Shown one piece after another: positions 16,774-27,497 of a stretch of 32,000 nt of DNA. Below the pieces are notes generated by a model, which saw nothing but the letters and a program-made list of their open reading frames with translations, did no database searches and had not been told where the DNA came from. The position numbers and the translations under genes are program-made. Source of the DNA: Okeania sp. Its GTDB lineage: Bacteria > Cyanobacteriota > Cyanobacteriia > Cyanobacteriales > Microcoleaceae. Each line of letters begins with the position of its first letter. The first letter of the stretch is position 1. Location of the stretch: contig NZ_JAYKGW010000226.1 in assembly GCF_035285525.1 (NCBI RefSeq), positions 1 through 32,000 on the forward strand. The letters run 5' to 3'.

Positions 16774-16818
16774 AGAACAGAAAAGTTTTCATTTGTCAAG
16801 TAGAAAACTTTCTATTCT
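16774..16818 (+). terminator. AT-rich stem-loop downstream of petJ (possible intrinsic terminator)
   Basis: agaacagaaaagttttc - atttgtcaagta - gaaaactttctattct, followed by ttg. The stem has one bulge and low GC content. Confidence 0.35.
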
Positions 16819-16953
16819 TGATGATATATTCTTTGATAGTTGGGGTGAAAATTTAGAGCTAGAGAAAATGTCAAATCTATAGCTTTATGTATTTGCCCCA
16901 ATATTTTTATTTGAAGTAAATATAGTAATGCTAAATGATTTGTAAAAAAAAAT

Positions 16954-17003
16954 CTGTAGGGGTTTGGTCTCCCAACCGAAGTAGGGGTTTGGTCTCCCAA
17001 CCC
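16954..17003. repeat. Two direct half-copies of the GTAGGGGTTTGGTCTCCCAAC repeat
   Basis: ctgtaggggtttggtctcccaaccgaa gtaggggtttggtctcccaacccaag. Confidence 0.8.
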
Positions 17004-17141
17004 AAGTATACGGTAAAACCTTACAACCTATTTTAAGATTGCTATGTATCAAGAGACTTATACCGACAAACCCAAAAACCAGGCTTTTTTGCCTAATTCC
17101 TGTTTGTGAAATTTATTACCTCACCCATTCAACACAAATCA

Positions 17142-18149
17142 CTACCTAACAAACTTTGGCATAATTTCAGCAGCAGTAAATAAACCATAAATACCTCTTC
17201 GATATAAATCTACTCCTGCTTTCAAATAACCAAACGCTGGACCACAAACATTAGCTGCCATACTTGTTTCATCTCCTAATGTAAAAGTATGGGTAGAAAT
17301 TTTACCTTCAAAAGTCCGACCTGTCACCTGTACATTTGTACTTAAAGGTTTTTTCGGATTGCGAGTATCCACAATACCTCCTACTGTTACCCGGTCGCGA
17401 TCGCAAATTCCGGCCAACTCTAACATAATATCGTCAGCGTGTTCCATATTTTCCAAGGTCAACAAACCATTTGTCTGTTCTAACAAAGCTTCTACCTCAG
17501 CATCAGTCATGGCCTTAGCTTTTTCTACATCATATCCAGGTAAATGGCCAATATCTTCGCGAATTGTCGCCCGGTAAGCTTCCCAGTTAGCAATACCTAC
17601 GCCAAAAGTAATTTTTACACTATGAATTTCCGCATAACTCTGAGCTGCTATTGCTGCTGCTGCGGTTAATAAACCAGGAGTTGCCCCACAACCACTCATA
17701 TAAGTAATACCGGCAGCTTGTAACTCATCTTTAAGGGCCAATAATTGTTCGACAGCACTGGTTCGCTTAATGGCATCTACTAATACTCCTCGCCAACCAG
17801 CAGCCATAAATTGTTTGGCGACATTTGCCATAAAGGTATTAGGTAAGTTAGGAAGGGCCAGAAAATAACCATCTACAGTTTTGCCTGTTTTAATTAATTC
17901 TTCAATACTCTGATTACTTAAAATTCCGCCTGGTTCTAAATAACCTAAAGACCCTTGAGTATTGTACACGGCCATACATTGGTCAGAATTTAATCCTTCG
18001 GGGTTGTAGGCATAACCTTTTTGGTCAGCAGCAGCAACCCAGACCATTTCTTGTTTGGGTGTAAGTACCCTAGCTGCAGCTTGTCCGAGACCACCGAAAC
18101 CTAAAACGCCTACATGGATTTGATTTTTGGAAGTTGTAATTTCACTCAT
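17142..18149 (-). CDS. NAD(P)-binding Rossmann-fold oxidoreductase (saccharopine-dehydrogenase-like)
   Basis: 335 aa with an N-terminal dinucleotide-binding motif [14 protein letters not shown]. The family assignment is tentative and made by eye. Confidence 0.7.
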   Translation of the reverse strand: MSEITTSKNQIHVGVLGFGGLGQAAARVLTPKQEMVWVAAADQKGYAYNPEGLNSDQCMAVYNTQGSLGYLEPGGILSNQSIEELIKTGKTVDGYFLALPNLPNTFMANVAKQFMAAGWRGVLVDAIKRTSAVEQLLALKDELQAAGITYMSGCGATPGLLTAAAAIAAQSYAEIHSVKITFGVGIANWEAYRATIREDIGHLPGYDVEKAKAMTDAEVEALLEQTNGLLTLENMEHADDIMLELAGICDRDRVTVGGIVDTRNPKKPLSTNVQVTGRTFEGKISTHTFTLGDETSMAANVCGPAFGYLKAGVDLYRRGIYGLFTAAEIMPKFVR

Positions 18150-18160
18150 AGCACTAATTA

Positions 18161-18202
18161 AGTTATCAGTTAACAGTTATCAGTTATCAGTTATTAGCTG
18201 TC
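18161..18202. repeat. Heptanucleotide tandem repeat (AGTTATC x6, STRR-like)
   Basis: agttatc agttaac agttatc agttatc agttatt agctgtc. It starts 12 nt upstream of the start codon at 18149. Confidence 0.9.
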
Positions 18203-18613
18203 AAAAGTCAAAAAATGAGAATGCAGTTTAAGTTATTTTTGTCAATAGTTTTTTAACTTAAATTTTTAATTAAAATTGACTTGTTTATACTACCTTCTCT
18301 TCAAACTTTCCCACACTTCTGAAACTTCAGATATTTTACCGATGATCGCCACATCCAAGATGCAGATTGGGTTGTTACCCTTAGGGTTGCGCAACATAGG
18401 AAGTAGCTGTCAAAAGTCAAAAAATGAGAATTCAGTTTAAGTTATTTTTGTCAATAGTTTTTTAACTTAAATTTTTAATTAAAATTGACCTGTTTATACT
18501 ACCTTCTCTTCAAACTTTCCCACACTTCTGAAACTTCAGATATTTTACCGACGAGCGCCATATCCAAGATGGAGATTGGGTTGTTGCCCTTAGGGTTGCG
18601 CAACATAGGAAGT
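18196..18613. repeat. Tandem duplication, 2 x 209 bp (~97% identical)
   Basis: Unit 1 is 18196..18404 and unit 2 is 18405..18613. I counted seven mismatches by eye. The duplication lies in the upstream region of the oxidoreductase gene. Confidence 0.9.
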
Positions 18614-19347
18614 AGCTTGCTTCTGTGCATTAGTAACCCAACAAAAATATTTCTCTCCTGTCCTTTACTCCCCTACTCCCCCACTCCTAGTCCTTTAGGA
18701 ATTTTGCATACAAAGTCCCTACCCTTAAAAAAGAATTCTTTGATCCCACATTCCGCACTTCAATTTGTAGTATTAAACTAGGAGTCAGAATTATGAATTA
18801 TAAAGAAAGTCATACTCAAGTAAGTATTTATACTCTATGAATTATTTCTATTTAACTTTCTCATTGGTCAAATTCTCAGGAAAATATTAAGCATAAATAC
18901 TTACTTAATTGTTGACTACTATGATTTTATCGTATTTGCGCAGCATGGAGTAGGAAATTCTGACACCTGGATTCTGGACTTGCACTACATTTTGAAGTGC
19001 GTAATGTAAGTTTTATAGGAATTACGCACCAGACGCTATATGTAGAGTTTAAAACTATGGAGCCATAGTTTTTTAACTCTATAGATAGTACCTTTGCCTA
19101 AATCCTGTTTCAGTAAACCCTAAGTATCTTGACGGTTTCCCAAATATACGCCAAACTTAACAAATAACTGATCTATTGCTTCTATTTATAATAACTTTTG
19201 TTAAGAAATGATTCTCTATCTATCAATTAGTAAAAATTGATTTAGATTAAAAAAAGTCATTGAAAAAATCTAGAAGCAACTTCAGCAGATATCAATTTGA
19301 AAAAATTGTTGTCTGTTTATACACCTATAACTGTTCATCATTTAGCC

Positions 19348-19566
19348 ATGAACATGGAAACTTTAGAATTCATTATTCATCCAGATGGCCGAGTCCAGGA
19401 AAAAGTTACTGGTATTGTCGGTAACTCCTGTACAGAAGTAACTGCGGCGATCGAAGCTGAGTTAGGTATTGTCCTCACTCAACAATCAACTTCCGAATAC
19501 TTTGCGCAACAGCAGCATCAGTCTGATACTGCTAAAACGCAGGTTTCTTCTTTTAGCAATTGGTAA
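19348..19566 (+). CDS. DUF2997 family small protein
   Basis: MNMETLEFIIHPDGRVQEKVTGIVGNSCTEVTAAIEAELG. The track ORF starts at a TTG (19297), so the ATG at 19348 or 19354 is more likely. It is immediately upstream of ycf35. Confidence 0.75.
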   Translation: MNMETLEFIIHPDGRVQEKVTGIVGNSCTEVTAAIEAELGIVLTQQSTSEYFAQQQHQSDTAKTQVSSFSNW

Positions 19567-19586
19567 AAATTTTTTTTAAGATAACT

Positions 19587-19973
19587 ATGTCACACTTTAG
19601 TCAAATCAAAACTCAAATTCGTAATCTGAATTCTTTACAGTCTGCTCTCACAGATTTAGGTATTGACTGGAAATCTGGTCCTACAGAAGTCCGGGGTTAT
19701 CGCGGACAAACTAGCACTGCTGAAGTAGTGATCGAACAAAAAAATGGGTATGACTTAGGTTTTGCCTGGAATGGTAATGAATATGAGCTGGTTGCTGATT
19801 TACAATTTTGGCAACAAGCATGGTCTGTAGATCGCTTTGTGAAAATGGTGACTCAAAGTTATGCTTTCCAGACTGTAGTTAAGGAAACTGCTAAACAAGG
19901 ATTTCAAGTGACTGAACAGCAAAAAAATCAAGATGGTTCCATTCGTTTAGTTGTTCAACGCTGGAGCGCCTAA
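19587..19973 (+). CDS. ycf35: Ycf35 (DUF1257) protein
   Basis: MSHFSQIKTQIRNLNSLQSALTDLGIDW...GYDLGFAWNGNEYELVADLQFWQQAWSVDRF...DGSIRLVVQRW. The start is taken at MSHFS rather than the upstream 19560. Confidence 0.8.
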   Translation: MSHFSQIKTQIRNLNSLQSALTDLGIDWKSGPTEVRGYRGQTSTAEVVIEQKNGYDLGFAWNGNEYELVADLQFWQQAWSVDRFVKMVTQSYAFQTVVKETAKQGFQVTEQQKNQDGSIRLVVQRWSA

Positions 19974-20734
19974 ATAATGCATAATCGATAATTAATAGAT
20001 ATCTCCAGAAAAGAGGGAACAGGGAACAGAGAAGGTGGGAATAGGGAAGAATAATTGATAATTTCGTATGGGAGAATTGATTTCAATTTTTATTTTTGGA
20101 GATGTCTAATAATGAAAACTATCTCTAAATTATCAATTATTCATTCACATCTAAAATAGTGGATTAGGGAATCAGACTCTGCAGGGTTTGTGTAAACCTT
20201 AGAGTAACCATGAAAATTTCCGCTAAAACCCGTCCCTACCCTGTGCAACATTTAATCAGGACTTACGCAAAGAAAGGCACTATATATAGATTCTTGGTGC
20301 GTTAGCGTAGCGTAACGCACCATACTAATAGCGTTCATGGGTAAGTCCTATTAATATAAAACAGTCTAGTAGTGGATTGTTTCATCTTTAGGACTGACGT
20401 AAAGGTACTATATATAGCTTATCGGTGCGTTACGAGATACGCTTTACATGTCCCGTAGCGTTTCGGCGCTTGAGCCGACATATAAAGCGGAGCTTTGCGG
20501 AACGCAAAACACACCCTACTGATAGCGTTCATGGCTTTAGTCCTGATCTTAATTAATGGTGCAATAGGAAGTTGGCCTGAGATTGCTTTCGGTCCGGAAT
20601 GCTAGGCAAACACTGTCGTTCGCAATGACAAATAATCATGCACTATTTAGTTGAAACAGTCTAGTAGAGTGCGTTAGCCGAACGAAGTGGAGCGTAACGC
20701 ACCTTAATCAATATACTGATAACTTATAACTGAA

Positions 20735-21166
20735 ATGACAAAATCCTTTCCTGAAGCTAACACTGAACGCTCCGGTTTTGAACCAGAACTTGGTGGAATA
20801 TTACGGGATGCTCCTGAACGTTCGGGTTTTGAACCAGAACTTGGTGGAGTGTTGCGACAAAAAGGGGTCTACGTTGATGAAATTACCTGTATTGGTTGTA
20901 AACACTGCGCTCACGTTGCTCATAATACCTTTTATATAGAACCTGAACATGGGCGATCCCGAGTTTTTCAGCAATATGGCGATTCTGAAGGATTAATCCA
21001 AGAAGCGATCGATACTTGTCCGGTTGATTGTATTCACTGGGTTGATTATACTAAACTGAAAACATTGGAAGCAGAACGCAAGTATCAGGTTATTCCTATT
21101 GCTGGCGGTCCAGTTGAGCATAGTCCAACGAGTATTGCTAATCATAAGCGGAAATTTAAACTATAG
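20735..21166 (+). CDS. Single-cluster 4Fe-4S ferredoxin-domain protein with a duplicated N-terminal ERSGFEPELGG motif
   Basis: 143 aa. It has CIGCKHC...CP cluster ligands, and YVDEITCIGCKHCAHVAHNTFYIEPEHGRSRV is typical of the cyanobacterial/chloroplast DnaJ-Fer-type ferredoxin domain. A 51-nt tandem duplication lies at 20765..20866. Confidence 0.85.
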   Translation: MTKSFPEANTERSGFEPELGGILRDAPERSGFEPELGGVLRQKGVYVDEITCIGCKHCAHVAHNTFYIEPEHGRSRVFQQYGDSEGLIQEAIDTCPVDCIHWVDYTKLKTLEAERKYQVIPIAGGPVEHSPTSIANHKRKFKL

Positions 21167-21246
21167 ATTATATCATTTCCGGATCAGATCGCGATCGAAC
21201 TCCGTTCCGCTGACGCGACCAAAAACTTTTATTTCTTTGAATCAAT

Positions 21247-21666
21247 CAGGACTTACGCTACCCTAAGTATATATAGAGTCTTGGTGCGTTACGCTACCCT
21301 AAGTATATATAGAGTCTTGGTGCGTTACGCTACCCTAACGCACCCTACCAATAGCGTTTATGCGTAAGTCCTAATACAGTAAAAAAACTATTGTGCAATA
21401 GTTTTAAACACACGCTACCCTAAGTATATATAGAGTCTTGGTGCGTTACGCTACCAATAGCGTTTATGCGTAAGTCCTAATACAGTAAAAAAACTATTGT
21501 GCAATAGTTTTAACCACACCCTACCCTAAGTATATATAGAGTCTTGGTGCGTTACGCTACCCTAACGCACCCTACCAATAGCGTTCATGCGTAAGTCCTA
21601 ATACAGTAAAAAAACTATTGTGCAATAGTTTTAACCACTATATCTAGGGTAACAGCGTAAGTCCTG
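21247..21666. repeat. Nested tandem array (3 units of ~95-165 bp) of an AGGACTTACGC/GGTGCGTTACGC MITE plus an AAAAACTATTGTGCAATAGTTTT hairpin
   Basis: Units end at about 21413, 21509 and 21637. Unit 1 carries an internal ~42-nt duplication and unit 2 an internal deletion. Confidence 0.8.
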
Positions 21667-21841
21667 TCAATATTCCCTTCTGCTTCCCCCCTTTCACTCA
21701 TGGGGTTGGGGGGATTTCCTCATCGCCATAACCAAAACCTTGTAGGGACTATGTAACGTCCCTACTGTTGTCTGTCGAAATTAAAACCGCTGTAATCTTG
21801 TTTTGGTATTATACCCATAAGAAATAATTTCTGAGAAAAAA

Positions 21842-21896
21842 CTGTAGGGGTTTGGTCTCCAAACCCAAGCTTAAAGAGGTTTAGAGACCAAACCTC
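21842..21896. repeat. Hairpin-type dispersed repeat (GGTCTCC/GAGACC family)
   Basis: ctgtaggggtttggtctccaaacccaagcttaaagaggtttagagaccaaacctcg. A further arm lies at 22001..22018. Confidence 0.75.
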
Positions 21897-22089
21897 GTTA
21901 GATAAAATCTAATATCAAATCCCCTTGCTTTGGAGAATAAGGTTTACCATCAATGTTGGCGAAAATTGATAGTTTGTAAGGGTACGGTTCCCGAAAAATT
22001 GGAGACCAAACCCCTACGATATTGAATTTTACCGATACTACCGGATTTGATATAACAACCTATTTAGGATTGCTATGGGTTAAAAATGC

Positions 22090-25000
22090 CTATGCTACAA
22101 TTACTGACCCTAGCACTATATCAATACTATCTAATACTTTTTGAAACTCTTGAACTAAAAGAGTAGCTTTGGTAGACAAGACTTCTATATTACAAGTTTT
22201 ATTTCGTAAATCTTTCTCTAAAGCGGCAGCAGATTTGTAGAGAATCTCTGCTCCAATATTACCTCCCATTCCTTTCAGGGAGTGAACCAAATATAATGCC
22301 TTAGTTAAATCTCCCTGGTTGATAGATGCCAGGATTTCGGTCTGATAGTCTTCTTCAGAGGTTTGAAAAAGTTTCAGAATCTCCTGATAACTATCCCAGT
22401 CACCACCTATAAGCTCTAAACCTAGCTTGACATTCAAACTAGGTAAAGCTGCTAAATTAGTATTTGAAACAGAAGTCTTTTTGGGCAAAACCCTAGAGAA
22501 ATTATTGGTAGCGATCGCAGAACTTTGAGTAGGAGCAATCCACTTATAGAGAGTATTATATAATTCTTGGGGATTAACAGGTTTGGAGAGATGCGCGTTC
22601 ATACCAACTGCCGAACATTTGGTTTTATCTATATCCATCGCATTCGCTGTGATAGCAATAATTGGTACAGTAGCTAACCACTTTGTTTCATTATTATTCT
22701 CATCTGCTAGAGACCGGATTAATCTAGTTGCCTCTAAACCATCCATTTCCGGCATTCTAATATCCATCAAAATTAGATCGTAACTACTCTCTTGAACTTT
22801 AGCGATCGCTTCTTTTCCATTGTTTGCGCAATCTACATTCATCTTCACCTTTTCTAATAATTCTTGACCAATTTGTCGGTTGATTGCATTGTCTTCTACC
22901 AGTAAAATCTTAGCTCCCTGAATTTTCTCAAGTTCTACTAAGCTAGAAAATTGATGTTCTCTGAGGTGATTAGCTCCAAGAAAACCATTAGATGATTTTA
23001 CGTCATCAGTATCACTTTGTTTCCTAGAATAGCCAAACTCTAGTTCAAAATAAAATGTACTACCTTTACCCAGTTCACTCTTGATTCCAATACTGCTTCC
23101 CATCATTTCAATCAAACCTTTGCAAATTGCTAGTCCGAGTCCGGTTCCACCATGCTTGCGACTGATGGAAGCATCACCTTGGGTAAAAGATTGAAATAGT
23201 CTTTCAATTTTAGACTCACTAATACCAGTCCCTGTATCTTGTACCTCATACTTGAGACGCACCATTTGATCAGTACAACTAACCTGTTCCACTTTAATCG
23301 CCACAAAACCACTTTCAGTAAATTTAACCGCATTGCTCCCTAGATTCATCAATACCTGAGTTAAGCGCAAAGGATCTCCAATTAAATATTGGGGAATATC
23401 ATCCCCAATTTTAAAAAGCAGTTCTAATCCTTTTTCCGCAGCTTTGAGACTAATAATATTATTGATTTGATTTAAGACTTGAGCTAATTCAAATCGAATA
23501 GATTCCAATTCCATTTTCCCGACTTCGATTTTAGAAAAGTCAAGGATGTCATTGATGATTGCTAGCAATGATTCCCCGGAACTATGAATTTTGTCGAGGT
23601 AGTCTTCCTGATTAGGTTGAAGAGGAGTTTGTTTGACTAAATGAGTAAGTCCGATAATACCATTCATCGGAGTCCTGATTTCGTGACTGATGAGAGCTAA
23701 AAATTCACTCTTAGCCCGGTTAGCATATTCGGCCGCTTCTTTTGCTTCTCGCATTTCTTGGTATGCTTTTGCTTGTTGGATAGCAATGGCAATATGAATA
23801 GATAACCGTTGCACTAAATTAATTTCATCTGTTTTCCAAGTGTAAGCATCTTGGTGAGTTGCCACCATCAAACCCCATAGTTGATCTTCGACAACAATAG
23901 GTACAACTAAAGCATTACAAATATCAGAGCTAACACAAATTTCTTGAGATTTTTCTTGAGTTCGTTGTGATTTCCATAGTATGTCATTGACTAACCGAAT
24001 TTCACCATTGCGATATCGATCGATCCATGTTGGAGAAACCAAGCTATGAGGAAGTTCTAAATTTAATAGCGATCGCTCACCTTCTGCAACCGACTCAGCA
24101 ACCACAATATCAGAAAATTCAGGACGAAATTGGTAAATTATTGCCCGATGGCATTTTAACATTAAACGAAATTCTCGCACAGATGTATCCAGAATATTCT
24201 GCAAATCCCAAAATGAGCGAATTTGCTCCATTACCGTCATCAGTAATTTTTCTTGTTCCACTTTTGCTTTTAGAGCAGCACTCCGCTCATCCAACAGACT
24301 TTCTAGTTCCATAGTGCGACTTTCCAGCAATTTAATTCGCTCTGCTTCTAAGCGCACCACATGTTGTTCCAAAACTTCCATTAATTTATGAACTTCTAAG
24401 GGATTAATACCTTGCAACACATTAGTTTGAGTAACGATACCTAAAATCTCTCCCTGTTTCCCTGTCACTACTAATCGACGGATATTTTGTTCCTCCATGA
24501 GCTGTAGAGCAACCAAAAGTGAAGCATCTGGCTTAATTTCTAGAATCGGTTTACTCATTACCGTCTCTGCGGTGCAATTTTCTAGATTTAAGTTCAATGC
24601 TTGAAATCTTACCACATCTTGTTCCGTGATTATTCCTACTGGAATTTTTAGGGGTTGTGTACTCGTACCACCCGGTTCTACAATCACAACCGAACTAATT
24701 TTATATTCTGCCATAAGTTTAGCGATCGCCAACACAGAAGTATCTGGTGTTGCACAAACCACCTCATAGTTCATCACCTCTCTCACCAGATGTACTTTGA
24801 GGAAGTCAGTTGGTTGGTAGATTTGTCGCAAACTTTCATGGGTTAACAATCCAACTAAGTGGTCTTGGTCATCTATGATTGGTAAGTGACGAATTTTATA
24901 TTGCTGAAGCAGGTTGATTGCAGAAAACAAATCAGTCAAATCTGATTCCCGCATGGTCATCACAGAACTTGTCATCATCTGACTTATTACCAAATTATCT

Positions 25001-25707
25001 AAAGATTGCTCTTCAGCACTAAGGTGAACCACATCGCGCTCAGTCAGAATACCCACTATTTGATCTTCTGCAACCACTAACACACAACTTGCTCTTGACT
25101 GTTGAACATGGTCTTTCTCTGGTTTTGCTTTAATTTGATGAGATAGCGATCGCTCTTGACTCATCAGGTTCACAGCTTCTTTCACTGTTGTCTCTGGACT
25201 AACAACCAAAGGATTACGGATTATTGCCAACTTCAAATCTAGCTGAGTAATAACTGTGCTGCGAACGGCAACTTGACTAACACAGGTGCATAGTAAATTA
25301 GGGGTAATATCTTCCTTCACCAGATAATCTGCTGCTCCCAATTTCATGGCGCGTATTGCTACCCGTTCATCTCCCATACCAGTCAGCACAATTACTGGTA
25401 ATTTCTCTTTAGGGTAGTTAGTCGCAATTTCTTCTAAAAATTCTAATCCATCTCCATCTGGTAAGTTGACATCCACCAGAGCAATATCTGGTTTCTCCGA
25501 CTCCCACATTTCTATTCCTTCTTCTAAAGTTTCTACTTCTATGATGCGGTAAGTGTTGTGTGGGTCTGATTTCAGATAACGAATATAGGTAAAACGATCT
25601 ACCTCAGAATCATCCAAAAGTAAAATAGTTATCTTAGATAATAATACTTCTGGTTTACTGACATTGTTGTTAATATGGGAGTTTTGAGTGGAGATTGGAT
25701 TAGACAT
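22090..25707 (-). CDS. Hybrid sensor histidine kinase: REC - 4x CBS - coiled coil - GAF - HisKA - HATPase_c - REC - HPt
   Basis: The N-terminal receiver reads [22 protein letters not shown], followed by four CBS-like repeats and a GAF domain. The H-box is [10 protein letters not shown], the G-boxes are DTGTGI/GGTGLGL, the second receiver has [13 protein letters not shown], and the C-terminal HPt has [11 protein letters not shown]. The track ORF extends to a TTG at 25743 inside an STRR block, so the ATG at 25707 (MSNPIS) is preferred. Confidence 0.9.
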   Translation of the reverse strand: MSNPISTQNSHINNNVSKPEVLLSKITILLLDDSEVDRFTYIRYLKSDPHNTYRIIEVETLEEGIEMWESEKPDIALVDVNLPDGDGLEFLEEIATNYPKEKLPVIVLTGMGDERVAIRAMKLGAADYLVKEDITPNLLCTCVSQVAVRSTVITQLDLKLAIIRNPLVVSPETTVKEAVNLMSQERSLSHQIKAKPEKDHVQQSRASCVLVVAEDQIVGILTERDVVHLSAEEQSLDNLVISQMMTSSVMTMRESDLTDLFSAINLLQQYKIRHLPIIDDQDHLVGLLTHESLRQIYQPTDFLKVHLVREVMNYEVVCATPDTSVLAIAKLMAEYKISSVVIVEPGGTSTQPLKIPVGIITEQDVVRFQALNLNLENCTAETVMSKPILEIKPDASLLVALQLMEEQNIRRLVVTGKQGEILGIVTQTNVLQGINPLEVHKLMEVLEQHVVRLEAERIKLLESRTMELESLLDERSAALKAKVEQEKLLMTVMEQIRSFWDLQNILDTSVREFRLMLKCHRAIIYQFRPEFSDIVVAESVAEGERSLLNLELPHSLVSPTWIDRYRNGEIRLVNDILWKSQRTQEKSQEICVSSDICNALVVPIVVEDQLWGLMVATHQDAYTWKTDEINLVQRLSIHIAIAIQQAKAYQEMREAKEAAEYANRAKSEFLALISHEIRTPMNGIIGLTHLVKQTPLQPNQEDYLDKIHSSGESLLAIINDILDFSKIEVGKMELESIRFELAQVLNQINNIISLKAAEKGLELLFKIGDDIPQYLIGDPLRLTQVLMNLGSNAVKFTESGFVAIKVEQVSCTDQMVRLKYEVQDTGTGISESKIERLFQSFTQGDASISRKHGGTGLGLAICKGLIEMMGSSIGIKSELGKGSTFYFELEFGYSRKQSDTDDVKSSNGFLGANHLREHQFSSLVELEKIQGAKILLVEDNAINRQIGQELLEKVKMNVDCANNGKEAIAKVQESSYDLILMDIRMPEMDGLEATRLIRSLADENNNETKWLATVPIIAITANAMDIDKTKCSAVGMNAHLSKPVNPQELYNTLYKWIAPTQSSAIATNNFSRVLPKKTSVSNTNLAALPSLNVKLGLELIGGDWDSYQEILKLFQTSEEDYQTEILASINQGDLTKALYLVHSLKGMGGNIGAEILYKSAAALEKDLRNKTCNIEVLSTKATLLVQEFQKVLDSIDIVLGSVIVA

Positions 25708-25723
25708 TTTTCTGAATAAATAG

Positions 25724-25820
25724 TCAGTAATTTCAGTTATCAATTATCAGTACCTATAGCTGCAGCCAAATTATTTAAATAGTAAATCGAATATTTTTTT
25801 TCATCTCTTGGAAAAAGGAG
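25724..25820 (-). repeat. Dispersed 5'-proximal element copy in front of the hybrid kinase
   Basis: The minus-sense sequence reads ccaagagATGAAAAAAAAAtattcgatttactatttaaataatttggctgcagctataggTACTGATAATTGATAACTGAAATTACTGAC. Confidence 0.55.
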
Positions 25821-26119
25821 ACTTGAGACCTTAATTTGCTTAGAGCTAAAGGTATAGATATATGTTATAACTTATGCAGACACCGGGTTTACTCAGAAAA
25901 TTTTGTGACTTGAAAAACAACAATCAAGATAATAGACCCGATTTTGATTTGCCTGAGTAAGTTCTGATATTTTATCAAATAATAACATATTTAATGCCAA
26001 AAATTCTTAATGTTAAGATACTTTGTATAAATTTTTGTAAAGTAATAACAATAAGACTGATGTATAGCCCCCCTTATGTAGTAGGAACTAAATGCCCTTA
26101 ACCCCCAAACTTAGGATTA

Positions 26120-26590
26120 TTATATATAACTATTTATAGGCAGAATAACTGTTCTAAACCAATAAGATAAAAAGTTTTCTATATTTGTATGGAAATCTTT
26201 AATATTAACTGGTTTTTCCATATAACTATTCACTCCTTGTTCATAACAAATATGAATATCTTGTGGATTTGATGAAGTTGAAAGTACAACTACAGGAATT
26301 GTTTTAAGTTCTTGATTGTTTTTAATCACTTTAATTACTTCTCGTCCATCGGTTCCTGGGAGGTTTAAATCTATTAAAATTATTGTCGGACGGGGTGCTA
26401 TTTTCGGATCTGAATATTCTCCGGTATTAAACAAAAAGTCTAGAGCTTCATCTCCATCTAAACAGTGATATATAGGATGCTGAAAATCTAGCTTTTTCAT
26501 TATTCTAGTTAATGCAGCGTAATCTTCTTCATTATCTTCAATTACTAACAAAGATAAATTTTTTTTTAAATTATTGTTGATTTTATTCAT
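26120..26590 (-). CDS. rcp1: Single-domain response regulator (Rcp1-like receiver)
   Basis: MNKINNNLKKNLSLLVIEDNEEDYAAL...ILIDLNLPGTDG...VVVLSTS...KP. The track ORF starts 33 nt earlier (26623) at an ATG that lies in the repeat CTGAAATGAC. The symbol is by analogy only. Confidence 0.85.
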   Translation of the reverse strand: MNKINNNLKKNLSLLVIEDNEEDYAALTRIMKKLDFQHPIYHCLDGDEALDFLFNTGEYSDPKIAPRPTIILIDLNLPGTDGREVIKVIKNNQELKTIPVVVLSTSSNPQDIHICYEQGVNSYMEKPVNIKDFHTNIENFLSYWFRTVILPINSYI

Positions 26591-26616
26591 TGGAAAAGGG
26601 AATAATGGTAATAAAG

Positions 26617-26725
26617 GTGTCATTTCAGTTATCAGTAGAGAGTGAACTTCCGACTAAATTCGGAGGCTTTAAATACTGAGTTAATTTTTTTCATCGCCGA
26701 AGACGGGGGAGGCTTTATACCTCTT
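26617..26725 (-). repeat. Dispersed 5'-proximal element copy abutting the receiver gene
   Basis: This copy is collinear with 27371..27497, differing by substitutions and small indels. It contains the stem-loop cttccga-ctaaat-tcggagg and a second GC hairpin. Confidence 0.7.
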
Positions 26726-27370
26726 TTTTTTGGTAATCATTCAGCCATAATAAGAGTGCTTTTAGTTTTTGATAAAAGCTTTATTATTCAGAATGAAATT
26801 TTACGATAAAAGCCAGTTTTAAGTAAGCATTCAGCTATCAGCTTTTCAAGGTAATAAGTTACTAAGGTTAGTAAGTAGTAAGGTTAGCTGATGATATTTT
26901 TATTTATATTTATATTTTACTTCTTGGAGAATAATTCCTCCTGACAAACAACATGAGTTAACGACTAATGGCTGACGGCTAAATGCTTACAGTTTTCACT
27001 TTCTTGATTCCTTTAAATATCCTCCTTAAGCTGGAGATTTTTATTGCTAATAGCTGTTGGCGCAGCATTTTGCCGGAAATGCTTACTTAAAGGTAATAAT
27101 TTTTTAAAGTTATTATCTATAAATATAGATTGGATTTTTGACAAAATATCTAGGTTCACTATAACAATTATTAATCAGTTGTAAAAAAAATTATAATAGT
27201 GAATTTAAACTATATAGCAATCCTATTTTATTTGTGTATAAAAATCCTACTACTTTTAGGGAATAGGTATAGAGGCAATAGGCAATGGGTAAAATTTTCA
27301 GAGTTTATTTCTAGTTTTTGATTTGTTGCAACCTATGCACGGATTGCTATAGTAATCATAGTTTTGTGGT

Positions 27371-27497
27371 GAGGTCATTTCAGTTATCAGTTATCAATAA
27401 AGAGTGAACCTTCGACTAAATTTGGAGGCTTGAAAGACTGAGTTAAATATTTTTTCATCCCCGAATAAGGGGGGACTTTATACCTCATTTTTTGGTA
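27371..27497 (-). repeat. Orphan copy of the 5'-proximal element (no gene follows)
   Basis: gaggtcatttcagttatcagttatcaataaagagtgaaccttcgactaaatttggaggcttgaaagactgagttaaatattttttcatccccgaataaggggggactttatacctc. Confidence 0.7.

Noticed and set aside
18196-18613. Possible diversity-generating retroelement TR/VR pair or a glutamine (glnA-type) riboswitch, prompted by GGAAGTAG
   Set aside because: The mismatches between the two units are not adenine-specific, and there is no reverse transcriptase nearby. Apart from GGAAGTAG, I could not find the conserved CGTTC...GGAACG pairing of the glutamine aptamer. No gifA/gifB-like ORF follows.
18485-18781. 98-aa plus-strand ORF in the track
   Set aside because: It lies entirely in repeat DNA (the tandem duplication plus the ctcccctactccc motif). 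Its composition is low-complexity Leu/Ser/Pro, and it has no RBS or recognisable domain.
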